Assembly: GCA_028534125.1 (NCBI GenBank)
Contig: CM052817.1
Location: forward strand, 28,584,001-28,648,000
DNA length: 64,000 bases
Source of the DNA: Lama glama
Taxonomy: Eukaryota
Direction: 5' to 3'
Both the position numbers and the translations under genes were made by a program. The notes below the pieces were generated by a model. It worked only from the letters and a program-made list of their open reading frames with translations. It made no database searches and had not been told where the DNA came from. This document shows positions 1 to 12,789 of the stretch, piece after piece. The stretch's first letter is position 1; every line of letters starts with the position of its first letter.

Positions 1-2315
1 CATCTCCATTTTATTGGTAAGATTTTTTTTCTGCAAGACATTATACATTTTAAGAATCTACTTAAGCACATGGTGCTGAATTATAAAAAGGTGATTAAAT
101 TATATTATGTAGAAATCCAGACATGAATACCAATTCCAATAATAAGTTGTCAAACATAAGCATAATATCACAATTATGTATTTAAAAATCACAATTCATT
201 CTTATAAATTTATAAATGTATGTAAAACTACATATATTTCTTAGGTTATCAAAGTCCTTTTCATTATGAAAATGAAAGCAAATTACAAATCTCACTAACT
301 TTTAATTGATTAAAATATACATAGATATATACAAATTGAATTATTTGTATCCTTATCCATCAGTTCACTGTATTTTTTTTTTAACTTTTTATATACCCCA
401 TTTGTTTTGGAAGTTTATTTTTAAATAGCAATTTCTGAAATAAGTGGTTATATATTACAAATTATTTGATTCTGAAAATAAAATGACTTAATTATTTTCA
501 TGAAAGTTTATGGCAACTGAGATTTTCCCTTAATATCTCTCTGCTAAGCAAAATGATAAAAGTTAATAAACAAAACATGTTAATTTAATGAGGAGGAAAA
601 AAATTTTTTAATGAAAGGAGGACAAATTTAAATATCTTTTATTGTTTCCTAAGAGTACTGGAATGATGCTATTATCATAAGAATTCTATTCTTACTTCTA
701 AAGCACTTTCTCCATGTAAGGTGTTGTATTGTTTACTGGGAATGAGTTACACGTACCGGTGTACTGCCTAGAATTACCCAAGTTCCAAAATGGCTATATA
801 CTCTGATTAATGGAAAAAACTTTGCTTAGCCACAAAGTGGTTATTTTCACCAAAGTGCTTACATATCCCTAAACACTTATGCTTCAGGTTAACCCATCAG
901 AGCCCAATATCAAAATGTGAATCTGTTAAAAAGAAAAAAAAAAATCTAGAAAAGTAGCGTACTTGTCCCTTGTCAACCCTAAACATATTAGTAGGGATTT
1001 TTTTGGTCAGACTATTTGGAACGTATAAGCCTTTAAAAAAAGACAGTAAATAACTCATGGGGATGGAAATAGGAAAAGGAATACCAAGGAAGAGTTGGGC
1101 CACTCTGAATGAATGAATCCTACAGGCAAATCATGCCTGTATCACCATTTTGGCTGCAAAACGTAAATTGGCGAAAATTTAGGATCTTAGGGCATTTTTA
1201 ATTTGTCGTGATACTTGATGATAAGTATCATCTGTAGCAGTTACTAATAAAAGGAGAGGATGCCAAAACCAGAAAAGCAGAAGACTGCGGAGATTTTTTA
1301 CACTGAAGATCTCGGTTTCCTCAATCTTTTAACTCCAACGGTTTTATTGACAAAAAGATAATGAGCTAGTGAGCAGACTTCTAAGTGACTCCACAGATCT
1401 CAATTCCTGTATTTCCTCATTTGTCTCCCACCCTATTTCACTTTCATATTGAAATCAAACCACACTAATTGTGATACCTTTCGTAATTGAGCTCACATGT
1501 TGGTTTAGATCATGGATAAGCATTTATCTCCTGTCATCCAACAGCAGAATATTGCTATGAAAAATGAGCAATGTATTCTGTTAACCAGAGATGCACTTGA
1601 TTAGCTTGAGATTCTTTTGTTTGCCTCTGAAAAAGGTTAATCAACTAAAGCATAGGTTTCTGTTTTTCTCTCCATTATTCAGAGCTCATTAGCTGGGCCG
1701 TTTTGGTATAGACTAGAATTCTGTTGGGAGATATCTTTGGTTAAAACTTTGCCTGTATGCTGCTATTATATTCATAATTCTCTCTCTGTATTACCTTTGT
1801 AAGACATTTGGGACTTTGGTATATGCGCTTTCCTCAGATCATCAATTCAGATCTAAAGTCCCATCATCTGTTGTGCCTTTTCTTTGTTTTATAAATTTCA
1901 CATATTTTTTTCTTAACATTAACTGGTATAAGAAATACTTAAATTAAAGGTTGGATTCCTGGGTTATACAGGAGAAATTATATGTGTTGTTAATTTGATA
2001 TATTAGTATTGTAGACCATTTTAGGACTATTGTATATCTCCTAGCACTAAAACTTTTATCTATATACACATTTTTGAACAAGTTATATCTAAAAATAGAT
2101 ACTTCCATTTTTAGTTTTGAGTTTTAATGGTAGTGCTTCAGTCTGTTCTTTCTTTCTCATCACATGGCCCTCAAAGCTCTCTTTAAGTACTGTACTTTTT
2201 GTGTTTCAACTTTTATTTCTACTTTTTATATCCTCATGTCTAGGGAGTCAGCATCTTTACATCAATATTTGGTGTATTCAGCTATATCTCAGATAGTCTA
2301 GTATAACATCATCCT

Positions 2316-2822
2316 TGTACTAACTAGCTAGCTATTGCCATTTTAATGATAGGTAGCAAACGACCATAAAATCTTAGTGTCATACAACAATAAAGGTTTG
2401 TATTTCCCCCTTGGTCTGTTGATCGTCTGGTCAGTTTTGTCTTTATCTGGGTTAGGCTCAGCTTGGCTCACTCATGCACTTTCTGTGAGCTATGGTTTGG
2501 CTGCCTACTTTTAAAGATCTGGACTGGGAGTTGTCATATGTCTGGAGCCTTCACCCAGGCTTTGGGGTTGACTTGGCTCTGCTTTCTACATCTCATCCTC
2601 TAACAGGCTGGCCTGAGGATGTAGAGAAGGTAGTGGAGCAAGATAGAAGAGCATGCAAGTACTACTTTTCTAGTATCTGCTTATATCAAGTAGGCTTGTA
2701 TCCCATCAGCCGTAGCCATTCACATGGCCAAGCACAGAGTCAATCTGGGATGGCAACCACCGAAGTGGGAGAATTTTGAGAAGCTTGAAAAATCAGTGCC
2801 ATTAAGGAAAAGAATCTTCCAT
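2316..2822 (-). mobile_element. MaLR LTR (MLT1F/G/H-like), old
   Basis: Begins tgtactaactagctagctattgc, the reverse complement of an MLT1 3' end; internal motifs 'aaaatcttagtg..aacaataa', 'ggctcactcatgca', 'cacatggccaagcacagagtcaa'. Confidence 0.7.
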
Positions 2823-2927
2823 GATCCTAGTATTTCCCCCCAAGATTTTTATTTTTTCTTTTTTTCCCCCTCAATAGTACATTTTTACTGGAAAAAAAAA
2901 TGATTGAAACTTTATTAATTCAACCAT

Positions 2928-3504
2928 TGTTGTGGAAAAATGTGTTACAGCTCCGTGTTACAACTCAGTTGTGACAGCAACCTAGATCCCGGTGAGAGAC
3001 CAAGCAGCACTGGGAGAGTTGGAGAACTCAGGTTTATTATGCCAGCAGGCCCAGAGGAGTTAACACTTCAAGCTCTGGACCAGGACTGCAGGGTTACACT
3101 GGCCTTTATAGGCTGCCAGTTTTACACTTTGCAATATCATATGCAAGTAAAGTATAACAGAATTTGACCAACCAGGAACAAGCTTTTTAGAAATAGACCA
3201 ATCAGGAGTGAGAGAAATAACCAATCAGGAGTGAGCTCCATGCAAATGAAGTACTACAAATAGACCAATCAGAAGTTAGGGAAGTGGACCAATCAGAAGT
3301 GAGCGTAATAACCAATCAGGAGTGAAGGAACTAACCAATCAAAAGTGAGCTCAGGGAACCAATAGAATTCTAGGTGTAAGTTAGCCACTTTAGAGGCAAA
3401 AAGTGAGATAGAGCCTCTGGGCCAGGGAAACGGACAGTGCTGGGAGGAGAGCAGTGGCCCTGCCTAGGGGTCCTGTTGGTCTTTTTATGGGGTTTCCCGC
3501 CTCA
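2928..3504 (-). mobile_element. Solo ERV1-type LTR (577 bp), copy 1
   Basis: TG...CA ends; 4-bp TSD ccat at 2924-2927 and 3505-3508; TATA and AATAAA on the minus strand; homologous over its full length to 58601-59188. Confidence 0.92.
3160..3365 (-). promoter_or_regulatory. CCAAT-box array plus octamer in the LTR U3 region
   Basis: Seven CCAAT cores (mostly accaatcag) at about 23-bp spacing; ATGCAAAT at 3240-3247. Motifs only; activity unknown. Confidence 0.6.
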
Positions 3505-3508
3505 CCAT

Positions 3509-4285
3509 CATGTGTTCACTAAGTACCTAACGTGTGCCATCAGAATGTACATTCTACTGGTGGGACAGAAAAAAACAAAAATAAGTAAAATATAGAGTTT
3601 GTCAGATGTTGGTAAATACTGAGGAGAAAAATGAAGAAGATGATAATGGGCTGTTTTAAAATATATGTTCAGGGAAATTCTTGTAGATGAAAAGAAAGAA
3701 ATGGGCAAGCCATGAAGATACATGTGTGAATTTCCTTCCAGAAAGAGGATATAGCAAACTGAAAGATGGAAGCATAAATGATGTCTTCCGAAAATGGCAA
3801 GAAGGCCACTGTGGCTCTCACAGATGCTCAAAGGGGCCAGGAGGAGGGAGTGGGACTGAGAGGTCACATGAGCCATGTCAAAGGGGCCATAGTAAGCCAG
3901 CATGAGGGTTTTAACTTGTACTCTAAGTGAAATGATAAAGAATTGAAGGAATTTAAGTCAAGGGATGAAGAGATTAGACTTGCATTTAATTTTTTTTCTT
4001 GTTGTATTAAAAATCAGCGTGTAAAATAAAATAAAAATCGGAATTTAACTCATTGTAGGCTGTGAAAATAGCAATCATTTAGACAGGTGGGAGAAAAGCC
4101 CAAATTGGAAAGGCTTCAAGAGAAAAAGGGAAGGAAAAGTGGAGACAACAGTTTACACATCTTTTTTGCAGACTTTTGTGTGATGAGAACAGTAGTTGGA
4201 CGGAATGTGGTATCAAGGGAAGGGTTTCTGCTTGTTTCTTAAGACTGGGAGAATTACAGTATGTTCTCATATGTATGAGAATGAT
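3509..4285 (-). mobile_element. L2 3' region, interrupted at its end by the LTR
   Basis: 'attcaac..[LTR]..cactaagtacctaacgtgtgcca', 'tacattctactggtgggacaga' and the purine-rich L2 antisense body. Confidence 0.7.
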
Positions 4286-4294
4286 CCACTAAAA

Positions 4295-4650
4295 GTCAAT
4301 TAAAAAGTGACAGAATAGTGACTCATGTTTCAACATGGATGAACCTCAAAAACCGTATGCTGAGTGAAAGAAGCCAGACACAAAAGAGCCCATTTAAAAG
4401 AAATATCCAGAAAATACAAATTGATGGATTCAGGCATCCAATCAGCAGTTACCAGGGGCCTGGGGGTAGCAGTGGGGATTAACTATAAAAGAACTCATAG
4501 AAATTTTGTTGAGGTGATGGAAATGTTATACAACTGGATTGCAGTGATGGTGACATAATCCTACAAATTTCCTGAAAAGCGATCAATTGTACACTTCCAG
4601 TGGAAGATTTTTATGGTGTGAAAATACTTCAATAAAGCTACAAAAACAAA
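4295..4650 (+). mobile_element. Old L1M (L1MC/MD/ME-type) 3' end
   Basis: 'caacatggatgaacctcaaaaac..tgctgagtgaaagaagccagacacaaaaga' through 'cttcaataaagct'. Confidence 0.85.
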
Positions 4651-6559
4651 CAGCTGGAATGGTTTTAAATTATACATTACCCAAAAAGCCTTAACTAAAG
4701 TGTTTCTTTTCTATTGATCCTATGTAATTTAGTCTGCACATGGGAAATCAGAATTTCTAAGTTAGGCTGAGTTGCTCTTCTATTGGCAAAACTCAGTGTG
4801 CTCTATAAGAAGAATCAAGTCCCTGTATTTTACTTCTAACTTTTTTAAAAACTCATATTTAGTGGGAAGAAAATAAAACATCATATATGAATACCAAATA
4901 TTAAAATAATTGGTTAAATAATTTTTCTCTATTCTTGAATTATTCCCCACGTGAAACACTAAGAAAAGGAAGAAGGTACAACCGTCAGCTGATGGTGAGT
5001 GTATGTATTTTGGGGGAAAGGAGTCCTCCTCTCTTACTGCCTCTAGGAGTACTGCCCACCCACTGCCACACTTAACTCAATTCTGCACTGAACACACATG
5101 ATGCTTCAACCAGCAAAGCAGACATCAGGAGAACATGCGGAAGTATCTATAACACAGCAGCGTCTTTGTATTCTGCTCAAATTACATAGCATCATATTTA
5201 TTAAGATTGTGACAATATTAAACCAAAAAGAACTTTTAGAATCTTGAATTTTGTCTTTCAGCATCAGTAGTTACTACAGCATATTCTTAAAACGAATTTT
5301 TAAAAACCTCAAAGCTTAATAGCTCTAAAAACAAGTAGAAATATTGTAAGAAACAATTTTCAAAAAAATGCAATACAGAATCCTAAGCTCTAGGTCAACC
5401 CTTTAGTCAACTGATTACAGAAAGAGAATTTGGACTTTGTTTTTCACATGCACTTTATATGTGTTCAAAGGATACAGTAAACATTCAGTGTACCTTCAGG
5501 GAAACAGAACCCTCGTACTGGTCCAAAGTTCTCCTCCGAATTCACAGATGCCAGTTGTTTAAACTTGCTCTGTTTTATGTATTTGCTTGCTTATTGGTAA
5601 TGTGCTAGAGGGATGAGTAGGAATGGATTATAGGATCATTAAAGAGACTTAGAAGAAATGCCTCAGCTCAGCATTCTCTACTACCATTTGCCTGCCAAGA
5701 ATTCTCGTGAATAATTTTTTTTTAAATCCTGAAAGTTCTATTCACATGTGTGAATTGCATGAAGCTGCCATTCACTCTGCATATTCTAAGGGGTCAAGAG
5801 TAGTTTGGAGTCTAGGAAGGAGACTTCATGATATGGGACTGAGCTGTAGAGCAATAGATCCACAGAAGGAAGATTCGAAGGCGTGGGGTGAGAATGGGTT
5901 GTATAAGAAGATATGACTGAAAAAGGAGAAAGAACGGACAACATTTCATAGGATTTTTTTTCATAGAATTTCTGCTAACTTTGTTACAGCTCCATTATCA
6001 CCCCACTAGTATCTCCTCATTAACATCAGTGAGCATCTCAATTATTAAAATTTAAGAGGGAGAGGTGATTCCTATGAAACGGAAAGGTTCAAATTGCAAA
6101 CAAACAAAAGACTTCGGAAACAGAAATACCAAGGGTCTTCATAAAATCAACCCAGCAAATATTTCACTATTTTGAAAAGTTTTGTTTCCATCTGAGAAAG
6201 GGGTACTTTTATGGGGTGGGAGACATCTGCCTTGCTTCATCTGTTTTCTAGAATTCTCTAAGATGTAGGGTTCCGGGAGAAGGTCTCTTGCCAATTCAGC
6301 TGCTTTCATAGCTGTCAATTCTTTTATATTAGGGTCACAAAGCAAAACATGGAATCTTAACTTGATCAAAAATTAATCAAATATTATTCATTCTGAAATT
6401 GACAGGTTGTTTGTAAATCATGCAGTCATAGTCCAAATGCTGGGGATAAAAAATTGCAGCTTGAACTTAGATGGTCTTCTATAGTAATGATGATCAGAAA
6501 TAAAAATTAAGACATGTCTGACAAGGAAATTTTGTGCAAATTTCAGGTAATAGAGAATT

Positions 6560-7170
6560 GTCCTGGATATTCTCTGTTTGCCTTTATATCTCCACACCGC
6601 AGTCTTCTTCATGCCCTGGGAAGCTGACCTCTGTGAACTGCATCAGCGGGGTCCCCTTGACCTCTGACTTCAGTGAGAGGCAACTGCAGGAAATTGGGGG
6701 TCATTTCCTTACCTTCTTACCACTGGGTTTTAGGTAAGCTCCCTATTATTGCAAGTACCAGAGTGCTTCAGCACTCCTTGCTGGTTTCCTTTAACCCTGA
6801 CCACACTTTTGTAAATAATCCATTAATTTAATCTCTCATTAATTATCTCACTTAAACATCTATCTCTTTTCCTGGCAGAAAACTAAAAAATAATTAGTAT
6901 CAGGAGTATCAATTATTCCTGGTACTATCTGGAAACACCGCATATTTTAAGATTGCCCATAACTTGCTTGCTAAGGGAAATGAGGCACTGGTAATCCTTG
7001 CATTTATGGGAACAATTAAAAAAATGATTAGTAGGATGACATTGAATAAAGGGCAAGTGGTAAGCAAAGCATGAGAGATACACTGTAATGACCAAGGCAA
7101 TGAGTCACTATGATGACAATGGTGTCACAAAGATGGTAGGGTCAGTCGGATGCTACTGTCAATCATGTTT
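6560..7170 (+). mobile_element. ERVL LTR16-like LTR (~6560-6890) followed by the start of ERVL internal sequence
   Basis: 'tgccctgggaagctgacctctgtgaactgcatc', 'ccacacttttgtaaataatcc..tttcctggcag', then 'tagtatcaggagt'. Confidence 0.6.
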
Positions 7171-8979
7171 CAGGCAATTTAATTTACTAATAGTATGGAA
7201 TTTCATGCATATTACATAAAGAGCTTCCACAGGGAAATAAGTTAAGAAAAGCCACACCAAATTTAAACAGATTTAATTAATGGAATATGAAAGTGCCAAA
7301 TTATAAAGTTCAAAAAAATTCTAAATAAGATTCTTATATAAATGTAGCATGACCTGACATATGTCTACTAATTTTTAGGGAACCATATAGAACTTATTTC
7401 ATAAACTTGTCAAATAGCTATTTAACAAGAAGAAACCATCTTGATGGTAAAGCTGATTCAAATATTATTTATTGCAATGAGTAATTTATAAGCAATGAAA
7501 AACACACATGAGAATAAAATTGTTACATTATATATAAAACTAGTTAATAACCTATGAGACAATAAAATAAGAACTATAAATTTTGACATTATTTCTATCA
7601 GAAATAAATCATTTGTATAACTGTCAGACAAAAATCTACACATTAACTTGTAATTCCATAGAATATATGCTCTGAACAAAAGTAAATGGTGAAGTCAAAC
7701 ACAGATACACTCTGCTAGAAAACTGAATAAGCCTCAAGTAGTCCTGTTAAATAAAATGGTAATCATTATTTTTATTTCGATATTTAAGCAAGTATGATTT
7801 GTCTTATGTTTCATATTCTCAGTAAGCAGTGAAATCTGAGTACAGTTATAAAACTCATTATTGGTCACTATAAGGTAATAAACATACTGAGGCCAACAGT
7901 GACAGCATCCCAAACTTCATGTCAGCCAATGTGTGTATAAGCACTTTCTAATTCTCACAGTAAAATTTTACATTCACACACTTAGAGAAGAATTTTTTTT
8001 AAACCATCAAAATCCCTTCGAATAGTAAGGTTTAAAAAATGTGTACATTTTTATAAAATCGTCAGTTCAGAGCCTCGAACCTGAGATTCTGCATTCAAAT
8101 GGGTCACTGAAAAATAGATAGCCTCTCAGGCATTGGAAACCCAATAGAAATTGCTTTTATATGCCATTTTAGAGTTCCACCTGCTCACCAGGAAGCAAAA
8201 TGTCAGAAAGTAATGAATCAACATTATACATATTGAAGTTGCAAGATAGGAAATAGGATTCAGATCAAAGGTCTCTGAGAGACAAAACTTAGAAACAAAT
8301 GAATTTTTGACATCAAAGCAGTCATTGCAGCCTCGTTTTAAATTCCTATACACAGCCACTGGAGCATGCCGAATGGTTTTGTTTCTAAATTTTTTATTTT
8401 TTTCTCAAGGATCTCCTGTAATAGAATTATACTGGTACAAAGTTGTTGATAAACCCTTGGACATTGCACATTTTCTTGAATATGAAGATAAATAACAGTA
8501 AATAAATCACTACAAATTTAGATTAACCCCCAAAGTAACTTCTAAGTCCTGGAAGTTTAGTAATATGGATGACTGGCCAAATTCATACACTAGAAGATGG
8601 TGAAATTTGAAAACTATGCTTCAGAGCTTCAGGGACAAAGTTACACACTGCTTAAGAACACAAAATGTAAAAATTGTCAAGTTGCTAGTTTGGCAGAGAT
8701 CAAGAATTTAGTTAAGCAATTTTTTTGGAATAAATCTCTATTGCCCAATTACTAAGTACTATTGCTCAACATGGCATTTTTCCATCTATGTTTGCTAGCC
8801 TTTGATGATGAATGTTAGCAGTTGAGGTATATATTTTAAAAGATCATTAAAAAAACTGCAGGGATGGGTTTTTACATGGAAAGGATCCTTCTGGCCAGTT
8901 TATGCGTGAGCCTGGCTTTGAGTCTGATTCCGTGAAGACCTGAAGACTTAACAAGGGGTAAATCAACAGAATGTTGTTG

Positions 8980-9625
8980 TGAATTATTTCTTTTTTTCAA
9001 GGTTGAGTAATATTCTATTGTATGCATACACCACCTTTTCCTTATCCACTCATCTGTTGTTGATGGACATTTGGGCTGCTTCCATATCTTGGCTATTGTG
9101 AACAACGTTGCAATTAACATGGTAGTACAGATATCCTGATTTCAAATCTTTTGTATATATACCCAGAAGTGGGATTGCTGGATCGTAGGGCAGCTGGGAG
9201 TCTCTGGCCCTTTTCTTTATTTCCTCCTGTCCTCAGGTGGTCCCATCCTTCCAATTCCCCCAGTGTTTTGTGTGAGGCAAGACAGACTGGCCTCTCAGGC
9301 AGCACCCCCAAAATGCTGGGAAAGTCAACCTCCATCTTGGTTTCTCTTACCCCACTGGAGAAACCAGCAGCCAATAGGGTCCTTCTCAGCCAGGCGCTGC
9401 ACCAGGGGAGGGCAATATGGACAAAGTGAAGCTGTTTCTCTTATCCTTTTTAATGCAGCTTTTCTCAGTTTTTGTGTACTAACAGGTGCCACAACTTCAT
9501 CCCTTGGTTCCAGAATTCTCACAAAAGGCATTGTCATCTGTGCGTAGTTGCTAAATCTGCATTTTTCTGAGGGTACTGGGGCTGGAGACATTCTATTCCA
9601 CTATCTTGCTAAGAGCACTTCCCCT
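8980..9625 (-). mobile_element. L1MA/MB-type element with 5' UTR (9196-9625) joined directly to the ORF2 end (8980-9195)
   Basis: ORF 8872-9120 begins LIATLFTIAKIWKQPKCPSTTDEWIRK (L1 ORF2 C-terminus); the right end reads gggaagtgctcttagcaagatagtggaatagaa on minus, like an L1M 5' start. Confidence 0.75.
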
Positions 9626-9769
9626 CAATCTTTTTTCGTTTTTTTTTTTTTTTTCAATTCAAGCCTCTGACTTTTTTCTTAATTTGTCATTGAAAATCCT
9701 ATCATTTAGATTTCTCTAAATTTCCTACTACTCCTATTGGTCTCTATTTTATTCATTTCAGTTTCTATG

Positions 9770-10550
9770 ATAGTTGAGGCCTGAACAATAATTAATTGAT
9801 TTCTTTGTCAATATGAAAGCAAATATTAATGGAACAAAGTACCCACACATTTTGAAGTAGGAGGAAGAATGGTGAGTATGAGGACAAGCTATTAGAATTG
9901 GTACAGACAGTGTGGTACTAGGTGCTATGACATGAGGGCTGGTGAGGTGTGGAGGAGTCAGACCGTGCAAAGACTTAACAGCTACATCAAGGGCATTTCT
10001 TTCATTCTAATAGCAGTGAGAGACCTATGAAAGGTTTTAAGCAGAAAGCGGCAGGATCACATTTGTGTTTCACAAATGTGTTTATTGATGTGTGTACTAT
10101 AATTTGAAGTTGTTAGAGGGTGTGAACTTTCTAGAATTACAAGACTTACTAGAAACCAATCAAAATCTGATAGTGACTTTAGTGCGGAAGTCGTGGATAT
10201 GGAGAGAAGGTGATAGTTTTGAGAGCTATTTAAGAAAATCAATAATGTGTTTTAATTACATATGGAGTTTAGTGAAAAAGGAAATTTTAATAGCTTTCCA
10301 GTCTTTGGTTTTTACAAAAGTGTAGTGGCAGGTTCATTACTGGAAACAGAGAAGGGATCCTGGAAGAAGACAGGGATAGAGATGGAATATCATTCATTGG
10401 TTATAAGCGTGTTGAGCTTCCAATTTTCTTATTATATCCAAGTAGACAGGGAAGGAAAGCAGTTTGATATATGGATTGGGGTCTCAAAAAAAATTAGCTT
10501 AAAAAGATACATCTTGAAAACATCATTACTGTCACCATTATTTATAATAC
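9770..10550 (-). mobile_element. L2 fragments
   Basis: 'gaaaggttttaagcagaaag..ggatcacatttgtgttt' and 'ggaaggaaagcagtttgatatatgg'. Confidence 0.65.
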
Positions 10551-11780
10551 TGAAAATTAAAAATAGGTTATGTGACAATAGGAAATTAAGTGAATAATTA
10601 TCTGTGTATGCAAACCATTTAAAATAACAATGTATTCCTGCATTTGTAATATGAGATTACTTTTCTGACATATTATAATTTAAAAAAGCAGGTTATAAAA
10701 AATACAATCTGATTTTTATGGTAATTCCTCATTTATAAACATTAGTTTTTAAATGGCTATAGAGAATTGTCTTTGTATGTCTTAATTTATTTTAATGACA
10801 AAGAATGATTATGCTTCTTTTTATATTTAAGTTTCCTGAGAGAACTGGTGAAGTTGATTACATTAATTCAGACTCTTTTTGCAACTTAATTTTATAAAAT
10901 TTCCAGTTTGACTAATGGAAGGCAATATGTTCTGTACTAAATGCATTAAGTTTAAGTTCTCAGTTTGACTGTGCTATCTACTCACTCTGTAGCCACGGCA
11001 TGTTTCTTAATTTCTATAAGCCTCGGGTTTTTTCCTACAGAGTAGGAAACAACTAACTTGGAAGAACACTAAAATATTGTGACAGTGTTACAATGTGATA
11101 GAGAAACCCAAAACCAGAATGGCCATTAAACTTCTTCATTCTGCAAAAATGAACTTTGAAAAAAAGGGAAAACAATAACACTGGTAAGTGAAGAAACTGA
11201 AACTTGAGTACAAGTCTTAGCCCTAACTTCTTGTCTGGAACTTGAATATATGTCTCTTCTTGATTGACAGAGGTGACTGTGTTGTGAAGCTAAGGAAGGT
11301 GGTTTCAGGTTCCTTCACCTTCACTGACCCCACCCCAAGGTTTAAGAGAGGTCAAGGAATGTGTTCACATAAATTACTATTTTTGTAAATTTTGCAGAAG
11401 TATCATAACTTCAGTCATTTAATAACAGCATCTTATTCAATTCTCACTATCCCTTCATCTCTGTACCTATTGCTGTGTCTTTGGTGGGGTCAGGATCATT
11501 TTGGCAATCAGCTGAGGGGAAATGGAATTGCATACACATTGAGTTGGGGTTATGGAATATATCTATATGATCTTCAGTCCCTCCTGTGAATAGTTAGAGC
11601 TAGTGCTGGTCATCTGGGCATAGGAAGCATTCAAAGAATGCTCTAATGACCTATTTTCAATCATCACTTTTATTTATAATATTATATACTTTTTCTTTAA
11701 AAAGATCTCCCAATTTATATGTTTCTAGTCCTACAAAACCTGTCCAGTATTTCTTCTGTGTCAAAAATAGCTTCAGTGAG

Positions 11781-12702
11781 TTCCTTAAACAAGCAATTCT
11801 CCAAGAAAGACATACAAATGATCAATAGGCACATGAAAAAATGCTCAATATTGCCAGTTATCAGAGAAATGTAAATCAAAACTACAGTGAGGTATCACCT
11901 CACACCAGTCAGAATGGCCATCATTCAAAAATCCACAAATGACAAACACTGGAGAGGCTGTGGAGAAAGGGGAAACCCTCCTACACTGCTGGTGGGATGC
12001 AGTTTGGTGCAGCCACTGTGGAAAACGGTATGGAGATTCCTCAAAAGACTAGGAATAGACTTACTGTATGACCCAGGAATCCCACTCCTGGACATATATA
12101 CAGAAGGAACCCTACTTCAAAATGACATCTGCACCCCAATGTTCATAGCAGCACTATTTACAATAGCCAAAACATGGAAACAGCTTAAATGTCCATCAAC
12201 AGATGACTGGATAAAGAAGATGTGGTATATTTATACAATGGAATACTATTCAGCCATAAAAACTGACAACATAATGCCATTTGCAGCAACGTGGATGCTC
12301 CTGGAGAATGTCATTCTAAGTGAAGTAAGCCAGAAGGAGAAAGAAAAATACCATATGAGATCACTCATATGTGGAATCTAAAAAAAAAGAAAAAAAAACA
12401 ACCAAACAAACAAAGCATAAATACAAAACAGAAATAGACTCACAGACATAGAATACAAACTTGTGGTTGCCAAGGGGGCAGAAGGTGGGAAAGGATAGAG
12501 TGGGATTTCAAAATTGTAGAATAGATAAACAAGATTATACTGTATAGCACAGGGAAATATATATAAGATATTATGGTAGCTCACAGAGAAAAAAATGTGA
12601 CAATGAATATATATATGTTCATGTATAACTGAAAAATTGTGCTCTACACTGGAATCTGACACAATATTGTAAAATGATTATAAATCTATAAAAAATGTTA
12701 AG
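11781..12702 (+). mobile_element. Young 5'-truncated L1 (camelid-type): ORF2 C-terminus plus 3' UTR
   Basis: Open 164-codon frame 11887-12381 ([12 protein letters not shown]...MEYYSAIK...ICGI*); exact 18-bp TSD aaaaatagcttcagtgag at 11763-11780 and 12703-12720. Confidence 0.95.
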
Positions 12703-12729
12703 AAAAATAGCTTCAGTGAGGTCCTGCTT

Positions 12730-12789
12730 TCTCTCTCTCTCTATGTATGTATGTGTATATGTGTATGTATATACACATACATATATATA
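12730..12789. repeat. Compound (TC)n/(TATG)n/(TA)n microsatellite
   Basis: tctctctctctctatgtatgtatgtgtatatgtgtatgtatatacacatacatatatata. Confidence 0.85.

Noticed and set aside
2940..3167. Similar ORFs at 2940-3167 and 58954-59265 as a gene family
   Set aside because: Both are antisense translations of the same LTR.
3160..3365. CRISPR-like periodic repeats
   Set aside because: Degenerate 23-bp units inside an LTR, no unique spacers, no cas genes, mammalian DNA.
9114..9591. Four overlapping ORFs
   Set aside because: They reflect the GC-richer L1 5' UTR sequence; not coding.
11887..12381. 164-aa ORF as a host gene
   Set aside because: It is the C-terminal part of L1 ORF2 in a truncated insertion.
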